From: Lama guanicoe
Lineage: Eukaryota
NCBI GenBank assembly: GCA_013239625.1
Contig: MU054116.1
Span: 207,890 to 271,889 of the forward strand
Length of the DNA: 64,000 nucleotides
Reading direction: 5' to 3'
How positions within the stretch are numbered: position 1 is the first letter of the stretch; every line of letters begins with the position of its first letter. Shown here one piece after another: positions 51,310 to 62,890 of this stretch. Position numbers and translations under genes: made by a program. The notes under the pieces were generated by a model. That model was not told the origin of the DNA and searched no databases. It saw nothing but the letters and a program-made list of their open reading frames with translations.

Positions 51310-51788
51310 CAGACACATCTCAGAGCTATTGCAGGTTCAGTTCCAGACACAACAAAGCGGCTATCACAACAAGGTGAGTCACAGAAATGTTTTGGCTTCC
51401 CAGTGCATATTAAAGTTACATTTACACTTTACTGAAATTTAAGTTTGCAATAGTACTATATCTAAAACACCAATGTACTACCTTAATTTAAAAATACTTT
51501 ATTGCTAAGTAACGCTATCATCTGAGAACAAAGGGTTGCTACAAACTTTCAATTTGTAAAAAATGCAGTATCTGCAAAGCATCAAGTCACCTCTCTCTCA
51601 TCTACTAGTTGAGTGACCTTGGGTTAATTATTTAATCTCTCTGTACTCCGTTTCCTAATCTACAGAGTCAGCAGGAATACTGCATCACAGGGTTACTATG
51701 AGGTCTAAGCGAGAAAAACCACATAACACGTTTACAATAGTACATACTTTAGCACAGACGTGAAGCATATTGAAATGAGGTATGCCTG
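51310..51788. mobile_element. Tigger1-derived MITE (Tigger1a-type) carrying an internal ~180-bp insert
   Basis: TA TSDs; degenerate TIRs cagacacatctc... and ...gaggtatgcctg; Tigger1 end sequences (gcaggttcagttccagac, gggttgctacaaactttcaatttgtaaaaaatgcagtatctgc). Confidence 0.8.
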
Positions 51789-52379
51789 TAGTCAAAAGAG
51801 GAAGTCTATCGACTATCATTAAAGACCACTTGGTTATGTTTTTATTTATGTTGTGTTTTTTGGCATATGTTTGGCATATTAGGAGAGGCAAGGAATATTA
51901 TTATAATTTTGTGAAAATCCACATATTTATTGTGAGGCAGTATTAACAAGTTGGATTTGAAGATAAAGGCAGCTTATATTCCCTAAGAAACAATGTTTTT
52001 ATCCTCTTTTTTGTTTTTTGTTGTTTTGTTTTTATCCTCTTGAAAAGGGAAAGTACTTTGAAAGAGGCTGTGTTACAAAGAGGAAAGAACAGATTCAATA
52101 CAAAAGATTAATGAGTAATGTGTATTTGAGAAAACTAAAAAAAGAAACTGATTGAAATGTAGATTAGAAAGACAGAAGTTTCAGGAAAGTAGAGAACTAC
52201 CTACTTTGATGATGCTAGGTCCCTCACGGTTCTTTCTTAGACTTTCTTCTCAACTCCCGTGTTGCTCCTCTGCATTAGAAGACCACATCCACAACAGCCA
52301 TGCCTCAGTTTCCACCCATATGCTGGTAACTTATTGTTTTCATCTGAATTCCCAATATGAAAATTGAAATACATTTCAA

Positions 52380-53318
52380 TTAATATTTCTTTGAAAGAAA
52401 TGCAAGTCTTTTCAAGATGTCATGGAAAGATTGCTTTACTTGTTTATTTCTCAGGGTATAAATGAAGGGGTTCAACAAAGGAGCAACAGATGTCGTGAGC
52501 AGGGAAATTCCCTTATTAAGGGCCACTTCATCCTTAGCTGAAGGTTTGATATACATAAAAATGCAGCTGCCATAGGTCATGGAAACCACAATCATGTGGG
52601 AAGAACACGTGGAAAAAGCTTTTTTCCTTTGCTGAGCAGAGGGTAATCTTAGGACCATCCTGATGATGTGTATGTAGGACAGAATTACACATACAAGGGT
52701 CATTATGAAGGTCAACACAGCACAGAATATAACGAGCTGCTCTATGAACCATGTATCTGAACATGAATTCTTCAGTATTGGAGAAGCATCACAGAAAAAA
52801 TGGTCAATAACAGAGTCACAGAATTCCAGGTGGAGACTCGGGCCAAGGGGAGGGAGAATAATCAATAAGCCAGATACGCAACAACAGACGATGAGATTCC
52901 TTCAGACTCTGCTGTTCATGATGGTCACGTGGTGCAGGGGTTTGCAGATGGCCACATAGCGGTCATAGGACATCACAGCCAAGAGGAAAAATTCTGTAGC
53001 TCCAAAGAGGACAATAAAAAATATTTGGCTGAAGCAGGCATTGATGGTGATGGTTTTGTCCCCACTTGATATGATGTAGAGGTACGTGGGGACACAGGCA
53101 GTTGTAAATGAGCTTTCTAAGAAAGAAAAATTTTGAAGGAAAAAATACATAGCTGTTTTTAAATGAGAATCCACCAAGATGGGGGAAATTATGGTCAGGT
53201 TCCCAATTACACTTAACATATATGTGATCAACAGAAAGCTAAAGGCCAAAATCTCTAGTTGTGGATCATTCGTCAAACCCAGGATGATGAACGTTGTTAC
53301 TGCCGAATGGTTTCTCAT
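52380..53318 (-). pseudogene. OR6C-family olfactory receptor pseudogene with one in-frame TGA at codon 139
   Basis: ORFs 52902-53330 and 52380-52865 share a frame; TGA at 52902-52904 replaces the usual Cys of SRVC. Also TM4 Trp->Cys and Pro substitutions. Candidate acceptor TTCAG|ATCT at 53383-53384. Confidence 0.9.
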
Positions 53319-54109
53319 CACTGACTTCACACTATGGCCATTGATTCAAGACTGCTTCACATAAAAGGCACAGAAATTAGATCTGAAGAGTAATGTCAAA
53401 ACATGACAGAGGCAGACCGCATCTATAATACCAAGCAAACCCAGTCACATGCATGTCCTGGAACTTAACAATCCGATTTTAGTGAGATGATTCCCTCAAA
53501 TCCACTGAAATGTGCCACAGGGAGCTTAAGCTTCGGGGAAATTTCTTTTGAAAATTACTGCTACTAAAATTGTTTTAAATATTCTAGGAGCTCCCAATTC
53601 ACAGCACTATTTCCAATTCTCTTTTTTTTTAAGTCCATACTTCGGTTGAGACGTCTCCTATTGGATCAGAAGTTGGCCACTTTTTAGCTATACTTTGATG
53701 GGTCATTGAGTCTATTTATTCCAAAGCATTTGTACTCAAAAGCTAAATCCTAAAATTCCTCTGCTTTAAGTTGTGGTGCCTGATAAAATGCAAATATATG
53801 GAAGGTGGGATTATGCCCTAGGTGCAGAGTCTCTCCAGATCTTTCCTCCAGTGAACGAAGCATTATTTAAAGGTCAAGTTAGATTTCTCCCAGAAAATAG
53901 TCATTCAATGGCCCCTTTCTCCGGACTTTCTCTAAGTTCCTCTTATTTCCTTATTTTCCATCTCTGTTCTCAGCAGAGAACTTTATTAATGCATGACTAT
54001 TTTAATACAATTTGAAGAAAACATGGGTAAAAATGGATAAATAGCTGAAGGATATCAAGATATACTTTGCTTTCCCTCCTTCATGACAGCAGAAGTGTGA
54101 TGCATGTTT

Positions 54110-54330
54110 CACAGGGGCTAAATCTATGGACCTTGGAACAGTTTGTCTGGGATCAAATCATGTCTCTCTCATCTACTAGCTGAGTGACCTTCGGCAAATT
54201 ATTTAATCTCTCTGTACTCCGTTTTCCTAATCTGTGAAGTGGAGTCAAAAGGAATACTGCATCATAGGGTTACTGTGAGGTTTAAATGAGATAAACCACG
54301 TAGCATGTTTACAATAGTACTTAGGACATG
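54110..54330 (+). mobile_element. MIR SINE
   Basis: tactagctgagtgaccttcggcaaattatttaatctctctgtactccgttttcctaatctgtgaagtgg...gtgaggtttaaatgagataa. Confidence 0.8.
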
Positions 54331-54794
54331 ATTAATATTATACTTTTTTTCTGAAGCCAATCTTTCTCATAATCTCAAGAGGGCATTTAGCTCCACTAGG
54401 AGCACCTCCCTCTCTCTCTCAGCATCATCAATTTCTTCCACTTTTCTAGACTTATTTCATCATCATTCAAACATTGTCTGGTATGACCCTATACTTAAAA
54501 AAACAATAAAAATACTCATAGGGAGTGACACTTCAATCACTACACTCTTTTATATAGTTTTTACTTTAGGAAACATGTTAATCTACATATTCAAAAATAA
54601 AATATATCTTCCAAACAGATAATTGACCTCTTTATTAATATAATTTCTATCTACTCAGTTTATCTTTCAATGTGATATTAAGACCACTGCCCAAGAGTAT
54701 GGTTACTCAAGATCTGGGCATTAGCCCCATAATAATAGTTATATTGGTCTACTTAGCTATTTGTCTTCATTCAATGTTCTCTCTTCATTCAATG

Positions 54795-55125
54795 TTCCAA
54801 TCAAGGTCCGACTGATGCAGTAGCTATCAGCCATATATGGCTATTGAACACTTGAGATGTGGCTGGTTCAAACCAAGGTGTGTTATAACCGTGAAATATA
54901 CATCAGATGTCAAGACTTAGAAAACAAATAAATAAAATATACCATTTATAATTTTATACTGAATACATGTTGAACTGTTAATATTTTAGATATATGGAGG
55001 TAAATAAGATACATTATTTAAAATCAAGATCACCTGCTTCTTTTTACCTTTTGAATGACATGACCAGAAAACTTTAAATTGCAAATGTGGCTCACATTAT
55101 ATTTCTGTTGCAGTGTACTGTTCTA
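54795..55125. mobile_element. hAT-Charlie MITE (MER33/MER3-like)
   Basis: gtagctatcagccatatatggctattgaacacttgagatgtggct ... atgtggctcacattatatttctgttg. Confidence 0.65.
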
Positions 55126-55547
55126 GGTTTTCAAGTTCTTTCACATCGGGGAATTTTGAAAAAAGAATCTCCTAAGACAGATCAATTTGTTCTCTAAATG
55201 GCTTTCACACTTTTGTAATATAACCCTCAAATAACTTGGAAGTGTATGCTCCCTGACACTGAGAAAAATGAGGCTTTTTTTGTCTTTGTGAGGTGAAAAG
55301 TATCAACTCCCACCAGGTACAGACTTACTGCTGTACATTGCCAGGTTACAGACATTGTGAAAGAAAAAGGGACATTAACCTGGATTTATGAGACAAATAG
55401 TTTGCAAAGAGGTGATACAGTTACTGAAAGATGGGGGGATATTAAAAATGGAGTGTTTACTAATGGTAATTGAGATATGTAAGATATAAATACATAGAGA
55501 CAAAATAGATAAACGAGAGACAGAGACGGACAAAGAAAGAGAAAGTG

Positions 55548-55778
55548 AGGTAGATAATAAATTAGGAGTTTGGGATCGGCAAATACAAACTACCATGTAC
55601 AGAACAGATACACATCAAGGTCCGACTGTATAGCACAGGGAACTATATAGTCAATAGCTTGTAATAACCTATAATGAAAAAGAATATATATATATATCTG
55701 TATCATGATGCTGTACATCAGAAACTAATACACATTATAAATCAACTATACTTCAATGAAAATAAAAAAAAAAAAAAG
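55548..55778 (+). mobile_element. L1 3'-end fragment with poly(A)
   Basis: ggagtttgggat...tatagcacagggaactatat...aaatcaactatacttcaat plus A tail; similar to the 3' UTR at 21068-21310. Confidence 0.85.
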
Positions 55779-56403
55779 ACCGACAGAGAGGAATCAGGAA
55801 AGGTTCCCTGTGTGTCAGTCAGACCACGGCACATGGTGTTGCACCAGCTTAACGATGCATAAAATGCGTCCCGCTCGCGTTTCCAACTGGTGAAGGTTCA
55901 TGAGCTCTATAAATAACCTCAGAAATGACTGGATTTCTCAATAAAACATCAAAAACAAATAAATATTGAAACTAGTAATCATTTGTTTTACTAGAGTGAA
56001 ACATAATCACAAACGCCTTCTCTATAAATTATTTGCTGAAACAGGCCTGGCTTGAAAACACCCCAGTACTCACCTCTGACATTCTTCATCGTTTCGCCAG
56101 GAGGCTACACCTCAAATGACCTCAGTGAGCTTCACAGTTAAACAAAAAGTTACTAGTAGGATCGTCTAAGTGCATTCCCAGCCCCTCGCCCCCAGGAACC
56201 TACAGTCACCATATATATACACATGGTTTCTAAACATATGATACCATCCTACTCCAAAATTAAAACATATCTCTGTGCACTCTGGGTAACTGAAAGGAAG
56301 ATAAAGTCCAAAGGGCAAGGAGGAGTTAGGAAGACTCTCTGGCTCTGTGAAAGTGGATGTTCTGATTTTCTCTGCTCAAACAGGTTTTTACATTTATGAC
56401 CCT

Positions 56404-56492
56404 ATTTATTTCCTTCATTTCCAACAGGTGTGCACAAAATAGGTGTGAATAAAAGTCCTTGGAGGACCTGATTCAAAATTCTCCATTGAATT
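56404..56492 (-). promoter_or_regulatory. Putative promoter module of the OR pseudogene at 52380-53318
   Basis: Minus strand TTCAATG...TTTGAATCAGGTCCTCCAAGGACTTTTATT...TTTTGTGCAC...AATAAA; strong donor GAG|GTGAGT downstream at ~56068-56076. Confidence 0.55.
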
Positions 56493-56839
56493 CAAAATAT
56501 ATTACAAAAAAAAAAATCCTAAGCCAAGAAATAAAGATAATTTCCTGAGAGAGAAAAAGATGCAGCAGTAGTAACAAGCTCAGTCCAAGCATCAGAAACA
56601 GGAAGATTCCAATGTCCCATCAGAAACCTGTTTCTAATTATTTGTTCACACATGGTTTATGCAATGCAACAAGATAGCCTTCTTATCTAAAATTACACCC
56701 ATAACAATATTTAATATAGAAAATTCAAAAATAGACATAAAAACTGAAAAAAAACAGAAACTGTAATATCCAGAAATAAACATTATTATTTTGATGTTTG
56801 TCCTTCCAAATATTGCCTATCATAATATGTAACTGCTGT

Positions 56840-57262
56840 ACTTACTATTACTAGTTTATTGTAAAGGACACTTCTCTGGAACAGCCAAATGGAAGAGTTC
56901 CATAGAGCGAAGTATGGAGGATGGGGCGGCGTGGAGTTTCCATGCTCAGCCCTCCCAGCATCTCGATATGCTTTCCAATCTGGAAGCTCCCCTAACCTCC
57001 CTGTTCAAGAGTTTGTGTGGTACTTAATCTCCATCTCTCACCCACCCGCCCCAGAGGTCAGTGGACAGGGCTGCCAGCTTCAATCCTCTAGTCCTTTGGT
57101 CTTTCTAAAGATCAGCCCCATTCTGAGGCTACCTAGGGTCCCCACCCTAAGTTTCCTTATGAGCATAAACACAAAGTAACAAAAGCCTATCAATCAGAAA
57201 ATTTCAAGAGTTTTAGGAGCGCTGTGCCAGGAACAGGGACAAAGACCACATACTTCCTATGA
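56840..57262. mobile_element. LTR fragment (MER21-like)
   Basis: cttactattactagtttattgtaaagga...atggaagagttccatagagcgaagtatgg...ttttaggagcgctgtgccaggaacagggacaaagacca. Confidence 0.55.
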
Positions 57263-57449
57263 CATATATATTTACAAAGTGCAGGTGCAGCAAAAGAGTA
57301 GAAAGTTTTTTAATGTCTTTCTCTTAATAGAACAAGCAGAAAAAGAAATGAGCGTGTGCAATGAAGATCTGACCACTATAGTATATAAGGAGAGTAACAG
57401 ATATATGTAGAAATGCACCCAAAAGATGAAGAAGACACTTTTTCATTTT

Positions 57450-57787
57450 TTGCTTAAACAAGAGAACTATGTCTTCTCACAGTTTGGAAGCTAGAAGTCC
57501 AAGATCAAGGTGCCGGCAGGGTTGGTTTCTTCTGAATCCTCTCTCCTCTGCCTGTAGATGACCGTCTTCTCCCTGTGTCTTCACACGATCCTCCCTCTGT
57601 GCACCATCTGCCTAATCACCTGTTTTCAGAAGGACACAATTAAATTGGATTAGGGATCACGCTAATGACCTCATTTTAACCTATTACCTCTTTAAAGATC
57701 CTATCTTCAAATATAGTCACTTTCTGAAGTAATGGGGGTTAGGGTTTCAACATATGAATTTGAGGAGAATGCAGACCAGCCCATAAT
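57450..57787. mobile_element. MaLR LTR (MLT1A-D type) fragment
   Basis: tctcacagtttggaagctagaagtccaagatcaaggtgccggcaggg...ggattaggg...gggggttagggtttcaacatatgaattt. Confidence 0.8.
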
Positions 57788-58129
57788 AGGATCCTAGGGA
57801 AATGCACAGCCTGGAGTGGTGTGAGATTCTGAATTGCTGTTAGAAAATAACTGAAACATACCGAGAACAATACAAAGAAACACATGATGTACTGGAAGCT
57901 CAGCTTATTAAACATTTCCAATACAACGCGAGTCCCTGGTATAAAGATCAGGGCCACGGTCTCCCAAGCTCCAGAAGCATCCTCACCTAGAACTGAGCAC
58001 TTCTGATTTTCCTGTGCTCCTTTCTGCCTTGACTGCATTCCTGTGCAAATGCAAACTATATGTAATACTGTTTGTATGTGGGTGTTTTAAACTTTGCATA
58101 AATGTTATCATTCTGTATGCTTTCTTTCC

Positions 58130-58500
58130 AATTTTTTCTATTGTGGTAAAATACACATAACATAATATTTACCATCTTAGCCTTTCTTAAATGTATAGCT
58201 CTTAAGTAATAAATACACTCCTAATGTTGTCCAACTATGACGACCACCCATCTCTGTAACTCTTTTCATCCTGTAAAACTCAAATTCTATATCCATTTAA
58301 CAATAATCTCCAATTTCCCAATCCCCCAGCCCCTGGCAACTACCATTAATGCTTTGTTTTTATTATTTTGCCAACTTTAAATACCTCATGTAAGTGAAAA
58401 CATACAGCGCTTGTCTTTTTGTGACTGGCTTATTACACTTAGCATAATGTCCTCAAGGTTCATCCACATTGCACTGTATGTCAGAATTTTCTTCCTTTTT
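58130..58500 (-). mobile_element. L1MB-type 3' end
   Basis: attgtggtaaaatacacataacataa...cagcccctggcaactacc...tggcttattacacttagcataatgtcctcaaggttcatcc. Confidence 0.8.
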
Positions 58501-59689
58501 TTTAATGTGTATTTTACCACAATTTTTTAAGGGGAAAATTCATGCCACAAAAGAAGAAATGATAGAAATTAACTATCTCCATCTAAAGTTATACAAAGAA
58601 TTTGATACACATATGTAATGAGTTGTGTGTTACATTCATAGCAGCCTTATTTATAGTAGCCAAAACATGGGAACAGCCCAAATGCCTGTCAACAAGGGAA
58701 TGAATGAACACATTCTGGTATGTTCATACAATGGCAAACTAGGTAGCAACAAGAGCAGGCAATCCTGAGCTATACACAAATAAAGGACAAATCTCACAAA
58801 CACAGTCCTGAGCAGTATCATTGCTTGTATAGAAAAAATTAAGGAACAAAACTGAATGATAGGATTTGGAACGATTGCTAATTTGGTTAAACTATAAAGA
58901 AAAGTATAACTTTTCAACTATTACTATTGAAGTCAGAAGAGTGGTTAACTTCAGGAGAGACAAGAATTTTAGTGGTTGGGAGAGGCACAAAAGGCACTTG
59001 TGGGGTCCTGGCAGTGTTCTATGCACTTTTTTTTTTCCCGTATTTCAAAATAAAAATAGCATAGGAAGCTTTTGATCTGTGTGCCTCCAGGCAGTGCCTT
59101 GCACCAGTGACCAAACCAAAAAAAACCCTTTCCAGACTGAATTTTTACACCTGCTTTATTTCTTCACTTACTTCTCCTCACGCCTCTCTACATTAACGGC
59201 ATCTACTTTTAGGGACCATCCAAAACAAAAGGTTCATGTGGGAAGTTAGCAACCTTCTCTCTGACTGTTTGAGGTCCAGAACCAGTTGGTTTTGCAAAAA
59301 CCTATGTTATCCCTAATGTCTGCAATCTCTTACTGTCTAATCTAGTTGCAAACCAACCACTTATTGCCCAAGTTCAAATGTTTCTTGAGACCATTAGCTG
59401 AACCTAGCAGAGAACATCGAATAAATACTGGCTCTTTTCAGCCACGCCAGCAATGCCCCTCAGAGCCAGAGACTCAGCAGACTAGTCCCTGCAGTGAACA
59501 GCTTTATAAAACGTCATTTGTGTCAAATTAAGAATCTCCAGCTCTGAGGTTGGAATATATTTTTCTTTACCACCGCCTACCCATCCACTGAGTTAATGTC
59601 ACATATTTTCTTTTTTGTTATGACAGGACTTCACTTATAGTATGAACTTTTATATTAGTCTTATAAAAGGACAGACTGCTGAAAAAAAA

Positions 59690-60765
59690 ACAAAACCTAA
59701 AAATATTGTGGCTGAAATAAGCCAAAAGAATATTTTTCTCCAAAATTCTAAAAAAAAAAAAAGTCAGCAAGCAATTCTCTTCCTCATGGTTTAAGGTTGG
59801 AGGCAAGAAAAATTATCAACGGCAGACATACCATAAAGAATAGGTAAAAGAAGTTCTTCAAACAAGAAGAAAATTACAAAATAACAAATCTTGGTGAAAC
59901 AAGAAAGAAGAAAGAACAATGGATGGAGAAGAAATAAGGGTAAGTAAAATAGACTTTCCTTATTCTCTTGTGTTTTGTAAATCATATGTGATGACTTAAA
60001 CAAAAATTAACACCATCTGATACTGAAGACAATGATTTTTTAAAGTGGGGTGGGTAAAGTGATCTAAATAGTAGTAAGATTTCCACATTTCACCTGAAAT
60101 GCTAAAACATCTATGCCAATAGACTGTGATAATATATGTATGTTGTAATACCCAGAGCAACCACTAAGAAAATCAAACAAAGTGATACAATCACAAATAC
60201 TGAATTAGGGTGGGGCGGTATAACTCAGTGGTAGAACATGTGCTTGGCATGCACAAGGTCCTGGGTTCAATCTCCAGTACCTCCTGGGGTTTGGAGGGAA
60301 AAAACTAAATAAATAAATAGTATTTCTTAAAAAATACTAAATTAATGAATTAGTCAAAATGGAATCCTAAAGCGTGTTCAAACAACCTATATATGTGCAA
60401 AAAAAGAGAGAAAAACAAAGGAAATAAACAGAAACAAATAATAAAAAGACAGACAAATCTGAACACATAAATAATTATCTTAAATGTAAATGGTTTAAAC
60501 ACATCAGTTAAAAGGAAGAAATTGGCAGAGTGAATTTATTTTTTAAAACAACCCAACTGTATGATATTATCAGAAATTTGCTTCACAATCAACAACATAC
60601 TGAGGTTGAAAGTAAAAGGATAAAGAAAGCTATGCCATGAAAAATCAAGAAAAAAGCAGATATGGCTACATTAATATTAGATAAAGTAGACAGAAGCAAA
60701 GAAAATTACAAATAGGAAGCAAAGGGACATTTACATAATGATAAAAGGACTGCTCCATGAGGAAC
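59690..60765 (+). mobile_element. Old L1 inter-ORF/ORF2-start fragment with a nested SINE
   Basis: taaatgtaaatggtttaaacacatcagttaaaag..., ttgaaagtaaaaggat..., acatttacataatgataaaagg resemble the endonuclease N-terminus. Confidence 0.6.
60208..60330 (+). mobile_element. tRNA-derived SINE (Vic-1-like)
   Basis: A box taactcagtgg, B box ggttcaatctcc; TSD AAATACT(G/A)AATTA at 60195-60207 and 60332-60344. Confidence 0.88.
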
Positions 60766-60789
60766 CCACCTTGCTTTATTTATTATCAC

Positions 60790-60956
60790 ATTTATGATGA
60801 TCTCACTTATTTTACATTTACCTGTGCATTCATTTATTGTCCCTAGGCCATGTCTAGGCAAGGACTTCAGTGGTTTTGTTGACAGTCATATACCCAGAGC
60901 CCATAGCAGTACCTGCACAGGGTAAGTACTCAATAAATATTTATTGAATGAATGAA
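60790..60956. mobile_element. L2 3'-end fragment
   Basis: agggtaagtactcaataaatatttattgaatgaatgaa terminus. Confidence 0.7.
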
Positions 60957-61325
60957 AGTGTTATCCTATTATCCATCAAGATCTGCCCTTTAGATACAAG
61001 GCACTAATCATTATCAGCTCAAGTGATTTAAATACTTTAAACACTAATGTTATGAACTAAAATTTTCCAACATCAGATCAGAAATGACCAAAGGTTTTCT
61101 AATTCTTATTATAGCATCTCATGCACAAAACTTAAGTTCTACTTTCTTCATCATAAATATACTAATTATAAAATCAGCAAGCAAAAACTATTGACATTAG
61201 AATGCTTCCTGGAAAAAAGTCATCATTTCCAAAATAACCGTCTTCCATCAGTCACAGTTACCTCAGTCATTTCCTTATCATGCAATCTAGGTACTTCCTA
61301 AACTTTAGAAAGAAGTGTAGATTTT

Positions 61326-62110
61326 CCATACTACTCAGCCCCCCAAAAAGAACAAAATCTGCCATTTGCAGCAACATAAATGGACTTGGAGGACACCTTG
61401 CTAAGTGAAGTAAGTCAGACAGAGAAAGACAAATACTCTATGGTATCACTTTTATGTGGAATCTAAAACATACAACAAACTAGAGAATATAACCAAAAAA
61501 CGAAGCAGACTCACAGACACAGAGAACAAACTAGTGGCTCCCAGAGAGGAAAGCGGGGGAGGGACAGTGTATGGGTGGGGAAGCAGGAGGTACAAACAAC
61601 TGGGTGTAAGACAGGCTCAAGGATGCACTGTACACCACAGGGAAGACAGCCAATAGTTTGTAATAACTGTAAATGGAAAGTAATCTATAAAAAATTGTAT
61701 TAAGAAGCCTCTACAAATTTAAGAGGACAAATTATTTCAAGCATCTTTTCTGACCACAATGCCATAAAACTAGAAATCAACCACTGGGGGGAAAAATGAG
61801 AGAAAAACAACTCTATGGAGACTAAACAACATGCTACTAAAAAACCAGTGGGTCAATGATGAAATCAAAGAAGAAATTTAAAACTACCTTGAGGCAAATG
61901 ACAATGAAAACACAATTACACAGAATCTATGGAATACAGTAAAAGCAGTCCTAAGAGGGAAGTTCATAGTGGTAAAGGCCTTCCTCAAAAAACAAGAACA
62001 ATCTCAATTAAACAATCTAACCTACCACCTAAAAGAATTAGAAGAAGAACAAACAAAACCTAAAGCCAGCAGAAGGAAAGAAATAATAAAGATCAGGGAG
62101 GAAATAAATT
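61326..62110 (+). mobile_element. L1 3' UTR fragment (61326-61700) followed directly by an L1 ORF2 endonuclease/linker fragment (61705-62110)
   Basis: tactactcagcc...gccatttgcagcaaca...; then caagcatcttttctgaccacaatg (SIFSDHN), gaatctatggaatacagtaaaagcagtcctaagagggaagttcatag (NLWxxxKAVLRGKFI). Confidence 0.85.
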
Positions 62111-62860
62111 CTTTTAATTTAAGGACTAAGATTTAAAATTGTATTACATGTTTTAAATTTTTTAGAAAAAAGAAGTGTAGCCATAAAAAAAAGTGTAGCC
62201 TTTCCAAATAATTCATTATCAAATAATTTCCTCCATGAATCACTTCTTAAGCAGATTTCCACCTCTTGCTCTCGTTTTATTTTATGTTGATCTTTGTTCC
62301 CAAATTCCAAGCCTGCCCAATTTGCAGCCTAGACTGGCTCATCAATGACCTGTCACTCAACTTACTTCCTCTCCATCCCCTTTCTAAAGAAGAGATTCAC
62401 TCTAACCCAAATAGACCATTCGCAATCTGTCAGACTCAAGCAGTTTTCCACTGATAATTTTGGCTTTCTTGTCTGTAAACACAATTGAAAGAAACAACTG
62501 AACTATTGCCAAATACAGTTGTATAGTAATTCCCTCATTGGAGAAAAGAAAGTGGGAAACGTCTGTGAGGCATGTACTGTGTAGCTGGTACTTAGCAATT
62601 ATAAGCCTATTTGAAGGGCATCATGGTCCCTATTTTACAGAAGAGGAAAGTGAGAACCAGAGAGATGGAGCTTCTTGTGTCACTCAAGGTGGAGGTGATT
62701 ATTGTGTTAAATTTGGTGAGACCATGTTCGTTCTCTGGGCCCCACCACTGCTATGAGAATTATATGCAGCCATGTATAAGGAAGCCATTTATAAGATATT
62801 TGTACGGTGGGTACTTTGTTCCTAATTCTGGCATTTTGTTCACTAGCATTGGTTCTTCTG

Positions 62861-62890
62861 NNNNNNNNNNNNNNNNNNNNNNNNNNNNNN
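62861..62890. other. Assembly gap (30 N)
   Basis: N run. Confidence 1.

Noticed and set aside
52902..52904. Selenocysteine recoding of the TGA at a Cys position
   Set aside because: No SECIS was recognised, no OR selenoprotein is known to me, and other degenerative substitutions are present.
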